Assembly: GCA_049241565.1 (NCBI GenBank)
Contig: JBMLQL010000064.1
Span: forward strand, 8,506 to 72,505
Direction: 5' to 3'
Source: Bacteriovoracaceae bacterium
Lineage (GTDB): Bacteria; Bdellovibrionota; Bacteriovoracia; Bacteriovoracales; Bacteriovoracaceae
Length of the DNA: 64,000 bases
A program made the position numbers and the translations under genes. The notes under the pieces were generated by a model. It saw only the letters and a program-made list of their open reading frames with translations, ran no database searches and had not been told where the DNA came from. Below, piece by piece: positions 45,652 to 55,090 of the stretch. Numbering within the stretch: position 1 is the first letter of the stretch; each line of letters starts with the position of its first letter.

Positions 45652-46351
45652 ATACGGTCTCACAGAAGAGAATCTCTCCTCATTTGATGAGAGAACTCTT
45701 CTTGTCAAAAAATGGAACTGGGACTACCAGCTCGCCCTAGACTTCCAACAAGAGTGTGTTCGCCTCCTTCAAGAAAGCGGAAATAAACGTGTTCTAATTA
45801 CCTGCAATCATCCCAATATTTTTACCAATGGCCGTGGTCTTCAGAAGGCCAAAAAAGGTCAAACTCTAGAGCTTGTCGATTTTAATCCGACCATGAGTTC
45901 TCTTTTGCCTTTTCCTGTTCACCAAATTACTCGTGGTGGAGGTCTCACTTTCCATCATCCTGGCCAATATATTTTTTATCCTATCGTCAAACTGAATCCT
46001 AAAACACTTTCTCTCTCTAAAATGATAGATGATATTTTTGATTCAGCTAGACTGACCCTTGCAACTTGGGGAATTGATAATCTCTCAAGTGAGAATGAAC
46101 TCTTGGGCCTTTGGCGTGGAAAAAATAAACTCGCTTCTATGGGCATTGCCATTGAAAGACTCACGACCTTTCATGGAATGGCCCTGAATATGTATAAAAA
46201 TGATGAAATGAAAAATGCCATGAGGACTCTGAATCCTTGTGGGCTCAATCCAGAAACTTATATTAGTGTGGAAGAGCTGACTCCTCTTGATAAAAATGCT
46301 CTTGAAGATTTTCATACTGAATTTATTAAAAGGCTAAAGCATGCGTGGTAA
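45626..46351 (+). CDS. lipB: octanoyltransferase
   Basis: Contains RGGGLTFHHPGQ and KLASMGIAI. The start is uncertain. ATG 45626 overlaps the lipA end by 26 nt, and the track's earlier start lies deep inside lipA. Confidence 0.8.
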   Translation: MLNQLNLNKYGLTEENLSSFDERTLLVKKWNWDYQLALDFQQECVRLLQESGNKRVLITCNHPNIFTNGRGLQKAKKGQTLELVDFNPTMSSLLPFPVHQITRGGGLTFHHPGQYIFYPIVKLNPKTLSLSKMIDDIFDSARLTLATWGIDNLSSENELLGLWRGKNKLASMGIAIERLTTFHGMALNMYKNDEMKNAMRTLNPCGLNPETYISVEELTPLDKNALEDFHTEFIKRLKHAW

Positions 46352-47348
46352 TCAGTTTGGAAAATTCTTCTCTATCACAACCTTTGGAGAATCTCATGGA
46401 GAGGCCCTCGGTGTTGTGATTGATGGAATGCCAGCTGGGGCCAGTGTAGATCTTGAGGTCTTGAAGGCCGAACTGAAAAGACGTGCTCCAGGACAACATG
46501 CTGTTCATACAACTCGCAGAGAGGAAGATCTGCCTGAAATTCTTTCTGGAGTTTTTGAAGGGAAGACTATTGGAACTCCTATTACTGTTATTGTTCGTAA
46601 TACAAATCAAAAATCCGCTGACTACGATAAATTAAAATCTGAACATCGCCCTGGACACGCTGATCAAACCACCATGGCCAAGTTTGGTATCCGTGATCAC
46701 CGTGGAGGCGGCCGCGCTTCCGGTCGTGAGACCGTCGCCAGAGTCATTGCCGGCTATTTTGCGGGACTCATTGTTCCTAAAATTTCTTTTTATGCTTATA
46801 TCTCACAAGTGGCCCATCATAAGCTTAAGCAGCATCCGGCCACACACCAAGTTTCTCGTGGTGAGATTAATATCCCTGACAAAACACTTGAAACTGAAGT
46901 GATTTCATTTCTTAAAGAGTGCAAAGTAAAAGGTGAATCTGCTGGTGGTCTTGTCACTCTTTCAATTCTAGGAGTGCCTAAGGGACTGGGAGAGCCTGTC
47001 TTTGATAAACTGAAGGCCGATCTTTCCAAAGCAATGATGTCGATTCCTGCTTGCGTAGGTGTCTCTATCGGTCGAGGCTTTGAATTTGCCTCTCTTCTTG
47101 GCCAGGAAATCTCAAGTGACTCCAAAAATTTTGGAGGAATGGAAGGTGGTATTTCAAACGGTGAAGAGATTCTTCTTACTCTTGCCTTTAAGGCCCCATC
47201 AACTATTGGCGAGAAGGCCAAAGAAGGTCGCCATGACCCCTGCATTCTTCCAAGAGTTGTTCCGGTGGTAGAGGCCATGGCCAAAATTGTTATTGCAGAC
47301 CACGTTCTTCGCCAAGAGACTTCGTCGCTCGCAAAAATTCATCGGTAA
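46341..47348 (+). CDS. aroC: chorismate synthase
   Basis: Begins MRGNQFGKFFSITTFGESHG and contains RPGHAD and GGGRASGRET. Confidence 0.9.
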   Translation: MRGNQFGKFFSITTFGESHGEALGVVIDGMPAGASVDLEVLKAELKRRAPGQHAVHTTRREEDLPEILSGVFEGKTIGTPITVIVRNTNQKSADYDKLKSEHRPGHADQTTMAKFGIRDHRGGGRASGRETVARVIAGYFAGLIVPKISFYAYISQVAHHKLKQHPATHQVSRGEINIPDKTLETEVISFLKECKVKGESAGGLVTLSILGVPKGLGEPVFDKLKADLSKAMMSIPACVGVSIGRGFEFASLLGQEISSDSKNFGGMEGGISNGEEILLTLAFKAPSTIGEKAKEGRHDPCILPRVVPVVEAMAKIVIADHVLRQETSSLAKIHR

Positions 47349-49338
47349 TAGCAATCATTCCAGAGCGGTAATTCCAAAGAATAGACAGATCTTCTGTGCA
47401 GGCCTTTAGTTCTGTATAGTTTAAATCCATCCAGCAATAAGGGCGTCCTTCAATCATCACGCCACGCTTTGATCCTGCAATTCCTGCTGAATTGATCGCC
47501 ACACCATCTTCATTGATCAAATCTTCGCCTAACTTAATATAACTAATCTCTGAGAGTGTAAGTTCATAAAGTGTGGGTAAGATATCTTCATGTGAACCAA
47601 AGTTTTGTGCATCGTAAGTCTTGGGACGAATATGTTCAGGAGCGTAGATATAAAACGGGACGGCGTTTTTGTTAAAATATTTTTTCTCAGGAATGGATTT
47701 TGCCAGCCAGAAACTATGATCACCCGTGAGTGAAACCACTGTATTATCTTTGAGTTGTGAAGATTTAATTCGACTCATAAAATCAGCAAAAGTCTGATTA
47801 CTGTACTGAAGCGCCAAAAACCTTTGAGAGGCAATCTCTTTATCCACAGTGAGTTCACTCATTCTTTGAGGTGTTAGTTCAAGCGGATGAGGTTTATAAG
47901 TGCGTGGGAATTCAAAGGGTGGATGATTAGTTGTGGTGAGAACAACAAAAAACTGGGGTCTTGTTGCATTCTTTAATTTCTTCTCAATAAAGGTATAGAG
48001 ATACTCATCAAAGATCCCCCACTCATTGCCAAGATCACGAGGAGCAATTTGAGAAAGCTCAGGCATCTGTTTTTTTATTTCATCGGCCCCATGAAGACCA
48101 TAAAAGTTTTGGGCCTTCAGGTATTTCCCTAAATCTCTCCACCCAAGTTTTCCCCCATAGACGAAATGAGTATCATAGCCTGCTCGCTCAAATGTAATAC
48201 TGGCCGAGGACTGAAGAGTCGTCCGCATATACTCACCTTCAGAGAGGAATCGTGCTCCAGGGCGGATCACTTGTCCTGTGGCCACAGAAAGAATACTTCC
48301 AATCGTTCCATTCTCTCCTGAGAGAAAACGAGTAAAAAGAATATCTTCTTTAAAATGCTGATCGAGACTTCCTAGAAAATTAAAATTCTCTGCTTGTTGA
48401 TCAAACCAATAACTTCCAAAACTCTCCATCACCACAAGAACCACATGGGGAGGAGTAAAGACTTTCTTTGATGTTTGCTGTTTTAAATTAGGGAGGAATT
48501 CGTTTTCATTAATAATTTTTCTTTCACTTGCGATTAAAGCATTCTGCCAAGTCCCCATGCCCATTTCTTTGATATACGAGACTTCGGCTTTGGAGAAATG
48601 TTTTCTGATCTTGATCGCGCGATTAAAAGTAATGAGTCCGTTAAGGCTGAGCTTATTTATAAAATCATTAGAGGAAATATAAGCATCCTCTACAGAGAGA
48701 GGAAGCCGAGAGAAATTTCCTCGTGCTCCAAAGGCCAGGACAAAGAGTCCCAAAGAAAAGAAGGCTAACTTATGACGATGCATAGAGCTTTTCAATTTAA
48801 AGCTCGCTTTTCTAAAAAACTGTCCTAGAAGCTTATAAAAAGCAAAATGCCCGATGAAAATAACTGAAAGCCAAAAAGGAAGATTATAATTTTTGGCAAT
48901 TGAAGTAAGGAGGGCCTTCGTATCGTCTTCTAAAAAACCAAAAAAGAGAATATTCAGGTGGTCCTGAAAATAAGAATAAAACCCATAATCAAAAACATAG
49001 GCCCAAACGAGGAATGAATAAAAACCAAAAAAATAAAGATGAAAAAATTTGGACGTAAAACGTACAATGAGCTCACTTTTAAAGAACTGAATAAAGTGCA
49101 AAATAAGAAAAGGCAAAGCAAACATATAACTGACAGGTATCCAGTCATAGCGAAGGCCAAGAAAGAGGGCCTTCATTAGTTCTATGGGATGATTGATAAG
49201 CTCAGACCAGACACCAAAAAAAGTGATAAATCCAAAACGAGTGAGAGTTAACACAAAAAGTGTGGAGATATAAAAATAAAAAAGCGTTTTTAACCAAGGA
49301 CGATAAACATGCCCGGGCGTAATAATAAGACGATTCAT
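47290..49338 (-). CDS. LtaS/MdoB-like sulfatase-family membrane protein (phosphoglycerol/phosphoethanolamine transferase class)
   Basis: The first 180 aa or so are polytopic. An alkaline-phosphatase-superfamily domain follows (VVLVVMESFGS, LTGDHSFW). Confidence 0.75.
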   Translation of the reverse strand: MNRLIITPGHVYRPWLKTLFYFYISTLFVLTLTRFGFITFFGVWSELINHPIELMKALFLGLRYDWIPVSYMFALPFLILHFIQFFKSELIVRFTSKFFHLYFFGFYSFLVWAYVFDYGFYSYFQDHLNILFFGFLEDDTKALLTSIAKNYNLPFWLSVIFIGHFAFYKLLGQFFRKASFKLKSSMHRHKLAFFSLGLFVLAFGARGNFSRLPLSVEDAYISSNDFINKLSLNGLITFNRAIKIRKHFSKAEVSYIKEMGMGTWQNALIASERKIINENEFLPNLKQQTSKKVFTPPHVVLVVMESFGSYWFDQQAENFNFLGSLDQHFKEDILFTRFLSGENGTIGSILSVATGQVIRPGARFLSEGEYMRTTLQSSASITFERAGYDTHFVYGGKLGWRDLGKYLKAQNFYGLHGADEIKKQMPELSQIAPRDLGNEWGIFDEYLYTFIEKKLKNATRPQFFVVLTTTNHPPFEFPRTYKPHPLELTPQRMSELTVDKEIASQRFLALQYSNQTFADFMSRIKSSQLKDNTVVSLTGDHSFWLAKSIPEKKYFNKNAVPFYIYAPEHIRPKTYDAQNFGSHEDILPTLYELTLSEISYIKLGEDLINEDGVAINSAGIAGSKRGVMIEGRPYCWMDLNYTELKACTEDLSILWNYRSGMIAITDEFLRATKSLGEERGLQ

Positions 49339-49350
49339 AGAATCATCCTA

Positions 49351-50448
49351 TCATTCCTCTTGCCCTTCCCCAAACATTAAGTTGCGTTCAAAATCTTCAG
49401 GTTTTGAAGCATTACCTTTGGCCTCTTCAAGAGAGATGGTTCCGGCCTTATAAAGTTTAGTAATGTGCTGGTCAAAGCTTTGTGACCCCGAGCCATTCTT
49501 CCCTTTTTCAATATAAAGATAGATCTCTTTAGTTTTCGTCGGATCAAGAATACTTTCACGGACCCCAGGATTATTAATCATAATCTCTTGAGTCGCCACA
49601 CGCCCCTTCCCATCCACTGTTTTTAGCAGACGTTGAGAAATGGTGGCATGAAGATTATCTGCAATACGGTTACGAACCGCATGTTGCTCATCTGGTGGAA
49701 ACATTGAAATAAGTCGACCAATAGTACTTAGTGCATCAGTGGTATGAACAGTTCCAAAAACTAAATGCCCTGTTTCCGCCGCTTTAATCGCGATCCCGAT
49801 TGTTTCGGCATCTCGCATCTCTCCAATAAGAATAATATCTGGATCCTGTCTGAGAGCGGCACGAAGGGCCAAACCAAAATCATCTGTATCCTGGCCAATC
49901 TCTCGCTGAGTGATACGGGCCTTAATCGGTTGATGCACAAACTCCACAGGATCTTCCAAAGTCAAAATATGAACAGCCGATGTCTTATTAATATAGTTAA
50001 TCATAGCGGCGAGAGTAGAACTCTTTCCAGAACCCGTGGCCCCTGTAACGAGAACAAGACCCGCGTTGGCAGAAGCAATTTTATTAATGACTGGAGGAAG
50101 TTTTAAGTCTTCAGTTGTTGGAACTTTATCTGAAATCAAGCGAAGGATAAGTCCCATTTTTCCTTGATAGCGGAAAAAATTATAACGAACACGACAAAGC
50201 CCTGGGATTGAAAAAGAACCATCACTTTCACGAATATTATCCAGATTTTTAAGAGTCTCTGCATTTTTCATCATGAGAGAGCAAATGAGCTTAATATCAG
50301 CTGATGTCGTTGGCTCAGTATTTACTTGAACCAGGTCACCACGAAGTCTAAAACAAGGCTTCTCATCTGTTCTGATATGAATATCACTCACATTCGAAGC
50401 AGAAGCCGATTTTACAAGTTTTAGAAAGCCTTCTTTGGTCAGGGCCAT
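49351..50448 (-). CDS. pilT: type IV pilus retraction ATPase, PilT family
   Basis: Contains SDIHI, Walker A GATGSGKSS, ILIGEMRD and the His box TGHLVFGTVHT. Confidence 0.85.
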   Translation of the reverse strand: MALTKEGFLKLVKSASASNVSDIHIRTDEKPCFRLRGDLVQVNTEPTTSADIKLICSLMMKNAETLKNLDNIRESDGSFSIPGLCRVRYNFFRYQGKMGLILRLISDKVPTTEDLKLPPVINKIASANAGLVLVTGATGSGKSSTLAAMINYINKTSAVHILTLEDPVEFVHQPIKARITQREIGQDTDDFGLALRAALRQDPDIILIGEMRDAETIGIAIKAAETGHLVFGTVHTTDALSTIGRLISMFPPDEQHAVRNRIADNLHATISQRLLKTVDGKGRVATQEIMINNPGVRESILDPTKTKEIYLYIEKGKNGSGSQSFDQHITKLYKAGTISLEEAKGNASKPEDFERNLMFGEGQEE

Positions 50449-50579
50449 ACATTCTCACAATATTTTGAAGAGTTAACTAAAGTCTTTATCGTAATTTCTG
50501 GCAGATAGTTTAATCAAACTTAGTAGCCGACTATTGAAGTCCGCTTTAGAAGTTTCTTTTATTTTCGATAAGTTAATCT

Positions 50580-51737
50580 ATGAGAAAAGTACTCCTCCCG
50601 GCGAGCTGGGAGACCGAAAGATTATTCTTCGATGGCGATGATTATTTTGAATCAATGATGACTGACATGGATAATGCGACTCAAAGTGTAACTATGGAGA
50701 TGTATATCTTTGAGCAAGATCCTATCGGGGAGCTTTTTGTAAACAAGTTTATTGCACTTAAAAGGCGTGGAATAAAGGTTCAACTTATTGTTGATGGCGT
50801 TGGAAGCTATCATTTTTTTGATCGCTATTATGGTCAGCTTCTCGAACATGGAATCGAAGTCAAAATGTATAACCCTCTTCCCTTTTATCACCCTCAGTTT
50901 GGTAATCTTAGTCTTTTCCAAAAAATCAAACTCCTTGGAGTAAGACTCTGGCACATCAACAAACGAAATCACCGCAAGATTACTATTATTGATGAAAAAA
51001 TTCTCTATACAGGAAGTTATAATATTACGGCTGATCATTCTTCTAAATATAATAAAGTGGCTTGGCTAGATGCAGGAGTCAGACTCACTGGAGATGCTGT
51101 TAAATTTGCCGTCCTCCATTTTAAAAAAGTTTGGAAAATAAAAGATTATCTTCGCTATAAAAGGGCACTCAAAAAACAATATAAGCTCAACTGGAAACGC
51201 ATGCCATTAAGACTCAATAGTAGTGTCCGCATGCGAATTTTTCTCTCAAGGGATCTTAAACAAAAAATTAAGACTGCCTCTTCAAGAATTTGGATCACCA
51301 CTCCTTATTTTATTCCGACACGAAGCTTTATTAAAGAACTCGCTCGCGCAGCAAGACGCGGAGTAGATGTGAGGCTTTTAATTTCGGCAAAAACAGATGT
51401 GAAACTTTTTAATTTTTTACAGTATTTCTATTATCCATATCTCCTTAAGAATGGCGTTAAAGTCTTCCGTTATACCCCACGGGTCCTTCATGCGAAAAAT
51501 TATATTCTGGACGACTGGATGATCCTAGGGACGACGAATCTCAATCACCGTTCTCTGATTCATGATCTGGAAGTTGATACCATTATTGGAGAGCATGATA
51601 ACAAACTCAAGCTGGCCGAGCATTTCGAAGAGGAATGTGCTCATCAACCTGCTTTAACAAAAGAAGAACTCAAAAAAGAGAGTCTTCTCACTCGTTTTGT
51701 AACCTCAATAATTTTTATCTTTAGATATTGGATGTGA
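50580..51737 (+). CDS. clsB: cardiolipin synthase B-like phospholipase D family protein
   Basis: Two HKD motifs, HRKITIIDEKILYTGSYN and HAKNYILDDWMILGTTNLNHRS. There is no N-terminal TM, as in ClsB. Confidence 0.75.
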   Translation: MRKVLLPASWETERLFFDGDDYFESMMTDMDNATQSVTMEMYIFEQDPIGELFVNKFIALKRRGIKVQLIVDGVGSYHFFDRYYGQLLEHGIEVKMYNPLPFYHPQFGNLSLFQKIKLLGVRLWHINKRNHRKITIIDEKILYTGSYNITADHSSKYNKVAWLDAGVRLTGDAVKFAVLHFKKVWKIKDYLRYKRALKKQYKLNWKRMPLRLNSSVRMRIFLSRDLKQKIKTASSRIWITTPYFIPTRSFIKELARAARRGVDVRLLISAKTDVKLFNFLQYFYYPYLLKNGVKVFRYTPRVLHAKNYILDDWMILGTTNLNHRSLIHDLEVDTIIGEHDNKLKLAEHFEEECAHQPALTKEELKKESLLTRFVTSIIFIFRYWM

Positions 51738-51738
51738 C

Positions 51739-52488
51739 ATGAGACTACGAATTTTAAGTTATAATATTCATAAAGGTTTTGATATTGGAAACAGACTTTT
51801 TGTTCTTAAAGAAATCAAAACGGCGCTTCGTGAAATGGACGCAGATGTTCTCTTTTTGCAAGAGGTTCAAGGAGATCACTCTCACCATCGATGGCGGATT
51901 GATAATTGGAAAACGGCTGCGCAGTTTGAATATATCGCTGATACTGTTTGGGATCATTATGCCTATGGAAAAAACGCTATTTATCCTCAAGGCCATCATG
52001 GTAATGCCATTTTAAGTAAATACCCAATTATGAAATGGAATAATCATGATCTGACTCTCCATAAGCTAGAACAAAGGGGTCTTCTTCATGCTGAGATCTT
52101 AATCCCCGACTCAGGAAAAAAAGTTCATCTCCTTAATACTCATATTAATCTCCTTGAGGCGCAACGGGTGAAGCAGATGCGCATGGTTCAAGACTATACA
52201 AGTAACCATATTGATGAATTGGATTCTATGCTCTTTGTGGGAGATTTTAATGATTGGACAAAGAATATAGCAAAAATGGCCATGAAGGATTTCGGACTTA
52301 AAGAAATTTTCCATGAACTCTATGGCAAATTCCCTGCCACTTTTCCCTCAAGACTCCCTATTCTCTCTTTAGACCGAGTCTTTTATAGAAATCTAAAACC
52401 TATTGTTTCGATGACTCTTAAAGATGGAATCTGGAGAAAACTCTCTGATCATTTACCAGTGTATGCTGAGTTTGAGATTGAGGAATAG
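51739..52488 (+). CDS. endonuclease/exonuclease/phosphatase (EEP) family protein, YbhP-like
   Basis: Contains LRILSYNIHKG and SDHLPVYAEF. It starts 1 nt after the clsB stop. Confidence 0.8.
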   Translation: MRLRILSYNIHKGFDIGNRLFVLKEIKTALREMDADVLFLQEVQGDHSHHRWRIDNWKTAAQFEYIADTVWDHYAYGKNAIYPQGHHGNAILSKYPIMKWNNHDLTLHKLEQRGLLHAEILIPDSGKKVHLLNTHINLLEAQRVKQMRMVQDYTSNHIDELDSMLFVGDFNDWTKNIAKMAMKDFGLKEIFHELYGKFPATFPSRLPILSLDRVFYRNLKPIVSMTLKDGIWRKLSDHLPVYAEFEIEE

Positions 52489-52491
52489 AAA

Positions 52492-53157
52492 TTATTTTTG
52501 AATAATAATTTTTTTGCCCTGATAAAAGCCAAAGGTTTTTCCAACGAAGATAAGCTTGTCTTCATTCACGACAATACCCGAACCATCAGGTGAGGCGTAA
52601 ATGATCTTATCTGTATTTCTTGAGATAATTTTAAAAGCATTATCGTAGCGTGTGCTTTGTCTAAAATGGGGAAAGAAGTAAAAATCAACTAAGTTCATGG
52701 CCTTCAAATTCTGAAGATGAACTGAGTTTTCATCTCGATCAAATTCAGGCTCAGCTGCCATCGTTATATCACTTGTCATCATGATCGCCCCAGCACTCAG
52801 GCCAGTCAAGATTCCACCTCTTTCAACAAAGGCTTTCAGGTGAGGAAGCATTTTCGATTGACGAAGGTATTTCAAGAAATAAAAGGTATTTCCTCCGGCC
52901 AGATGGATAATATCTGATTTCATGACCTCTTTGAACATGGTCTGATCAAAGGGAACATCGACAGGAAAATGAATAAACCGAGTGACTTTATACTTGCTGT
53001 AATGGCGTACAAATTCTCTGAACTCTACTTCTGAGAGATAAGATGAAGAAGGAATGAATGTCATCACGGGGTTCTTTTTTTGAACCATCTCAAAGAGAAT
53101 CTGATCTAAAGACAAATTGTCTTTATCGTCTCCTCCACTATAGAGGACAAGCTTCAT
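52492..53157 (-). CDS. peptidase S51 (dipeptidase E-like) family protein
   Basis: Contains HLAGGNTFYFLKYLR and GLSAGAIMM. ATGA overlap with the upstream gene. Confidence 0.7.
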   Translation of the reverse strand: MKLVLYSGGDDKDNLSLDQILFEMVQKKNPVMTFIPSSSYLSEVEFREFVRHYSKYKVTRFIHFPVDVPFDQTMFKEVMKSDIIHLAGGNTFYFLKYLRQSKMLPHLKAFVERGGILTGLSAGAIMMTSDITMAAEPEFDRDENSVHLQNLKAMNLVDFYFFPHFRQSTRYDNAFKIISRNTDKIIYASPDGSGIVVNEDKLIFVGKTFGFYQGKKIIIQK

Positions 53158-54986
53158 ATCCCCTCGCGATTCTCGCGTACAATGGAATGAAAGCCTCTCA
53201 GTAGATTTTGGTGACGAACAGGAAGTGCTGCCGGCACTATTTCGTGATCAGGGTCAAGATTCTGATAATTTCTAAATTCGTTCATCAGTTGGTAAACTTC
53301 CTCCGCACTTAGCTTCGGTCTGCTTTTTCCAACTTTTTCAACGACAAAAGAAATTGAATTTCCTGTGACACGGTCATATTTATTAATAACTGATGAGCGC
53401 ATTGTAGTTTCGAGAAGAACTTTTGAGCTTGTAACATGAAACTCTTTAGCAATAGCTTCAATAATGGCCCAATAAGTTTTTTGAAATTGATTGATAAACT
53501 TCAATCGCTTAGAAGAAATCACAAGATCCCTCTTTCTCGCGTAAGAAGACTTCATGATTTCTACAAACTCTTGAGGCGACACTTTATCTTGACGGGCTAG
53601 ATACATTTGTGGAAGTTCACGAAGAAGATCTCTCATACAGAAGATGGCATCTCTGGTAATTCCATCGGCCACTTTATACATACCACGCTTAGATTTTTCA
53701 CGTTCAAAGAATGAAAATGTCTTTCTAAATGTCTCAACCAGAGGAAGATGATTTTCAAGAAGAAACTTTTGATATTTATCTTTTAGTCCCATTTTCTCTA
53801 AGATATTGGCATTTTTCTTTTCATGAAAATATTTATCAAAGTTTTTCACAATTTGGTGATTCTTAAATTGAACGAGCGGTCTCTTTTTTCCAGTCACAAG
53901 ATAATCAGCAATCTGAGCAAAGCACTGAACAATATAGCGAGCCTTAAGACGCTGCTCTAGAATAGTTGTTGAGAATCTTTCCACATCATCATAACGATAC
54001 TCGGCATGGAAAAGACCAAATTGACGGATAGAACCATAATCAATGATTCCACCATCCATCAAAATATTATCGCCGTCCCAATCAAGCCAGCAGAAGATAT
54101 AGTCATCTTCAAAACGGGCCGCAATATTGGCAAAATCTCTGGCCACTTGATCGGCCAGGGCGAAATATTTTTTTGAAGCACTCTGGCCACTGATATCAGG
54201 AAGTTTCTTATTATCGATCTGACGTGAGATATGATAATCAGTCACTTGTTTTAAGGCCTTAAGGTTTCCTTGCTTCAAATGACAAAAAAAGTGACTTGGT
54301 CTCATGAGATTTGGGTAAGCGCGAACATTGATCGCTAATCCTTTCTCATATTCAACAATGGCCAAAACTCTTTCAGTAGGAAGTCCATTACGATGAAAAA
54401 CTTCACTGAAAAAAAGTGTCTCAAGGCCTTCAGCCACTTCTGAGAGACCACATCCGTAAGAAATAGAAGGGTCACCTGTTTGATAGAATTTTTTATTATT
54501 ATTACAGGCCGGACTTAATTTCGTCGCTCCTGTTCCACAACTTGAAATATCCCAACTCACTCCATTAGAGCGAATCGTTCCGTTCCAGGCCGTCCTTCCA
54601 TCTCCCGATGTTCTTCCTGTTTTATCAGGATGTTGGAGCTGGAGGTAGCGAGTGGCCATATAAGTATGAGGATAAATTTCATCCTCAGGGAACTGGATAT
54701 TATTAATGAGATCATACTCATTGATAATTACAATACTAAACGTCTCAAGAATTTCTCTTTCAAGATCAGGATTGAGTTGATGTGCGTGAGTTTTTGGGAT
54801 GAGACCCATTTCCTTGGCGAGCTCAAAGTTAAAGAAAGCGACTTTACCACCTTTCTTATAACGGGCCTTGTACTCCACTCTTCCTTCTGGAACTTGAGTC
54901 TTAAAAGGATGCTCTCCGTTCACACGAGCAAACTGTGGGTACTGACGTTTTTGAACTTCGTCCTGAGGTTTTTTTATTTGCCCCAT
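53154..54986 (-). CDS. divergent SelO/YdiU (UPF0061)-like pseudokinase-fold protein, 610 aa
   Basis: Four blocks are collinear with E. coli YdiU as I recall it. SGDGRTAW matches [32 protein letters not shown] matches [36 protein letters not shown] matches [34 protein letters not shown] matches [20 protein letters not shown]. Confidence 0.55.
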   Translation of the reverse strand: [610 protein letters not shown]

Positions 54987-55090
54987 TTCAACTAGACTCC
55001 TTGATTAAATATATCAACATCATCTAAATAAAATTATAGGACAGATATGATCTCTGACCAAAAAAACTATGCTAGGAAAAATTGACCGCT

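Noticed and set aside
46817-47284. 155-aa ORF antisense to aroC, plus other 60-118-aa ORFs antisense to the MFS, SelO-like and dinG genes.
   Set aside because: They are embedded in well-supported genes on the other strand, show no motifs or SD sequences, and have the composition typical of shadow ORFs.
50499-50514. Sigma-54-like promoter TGGCAG-N5-TTAA upstream of clsB.
   Set aside because: The GG element is present, but the essential GC of the -12 element (TTGC) is missing.
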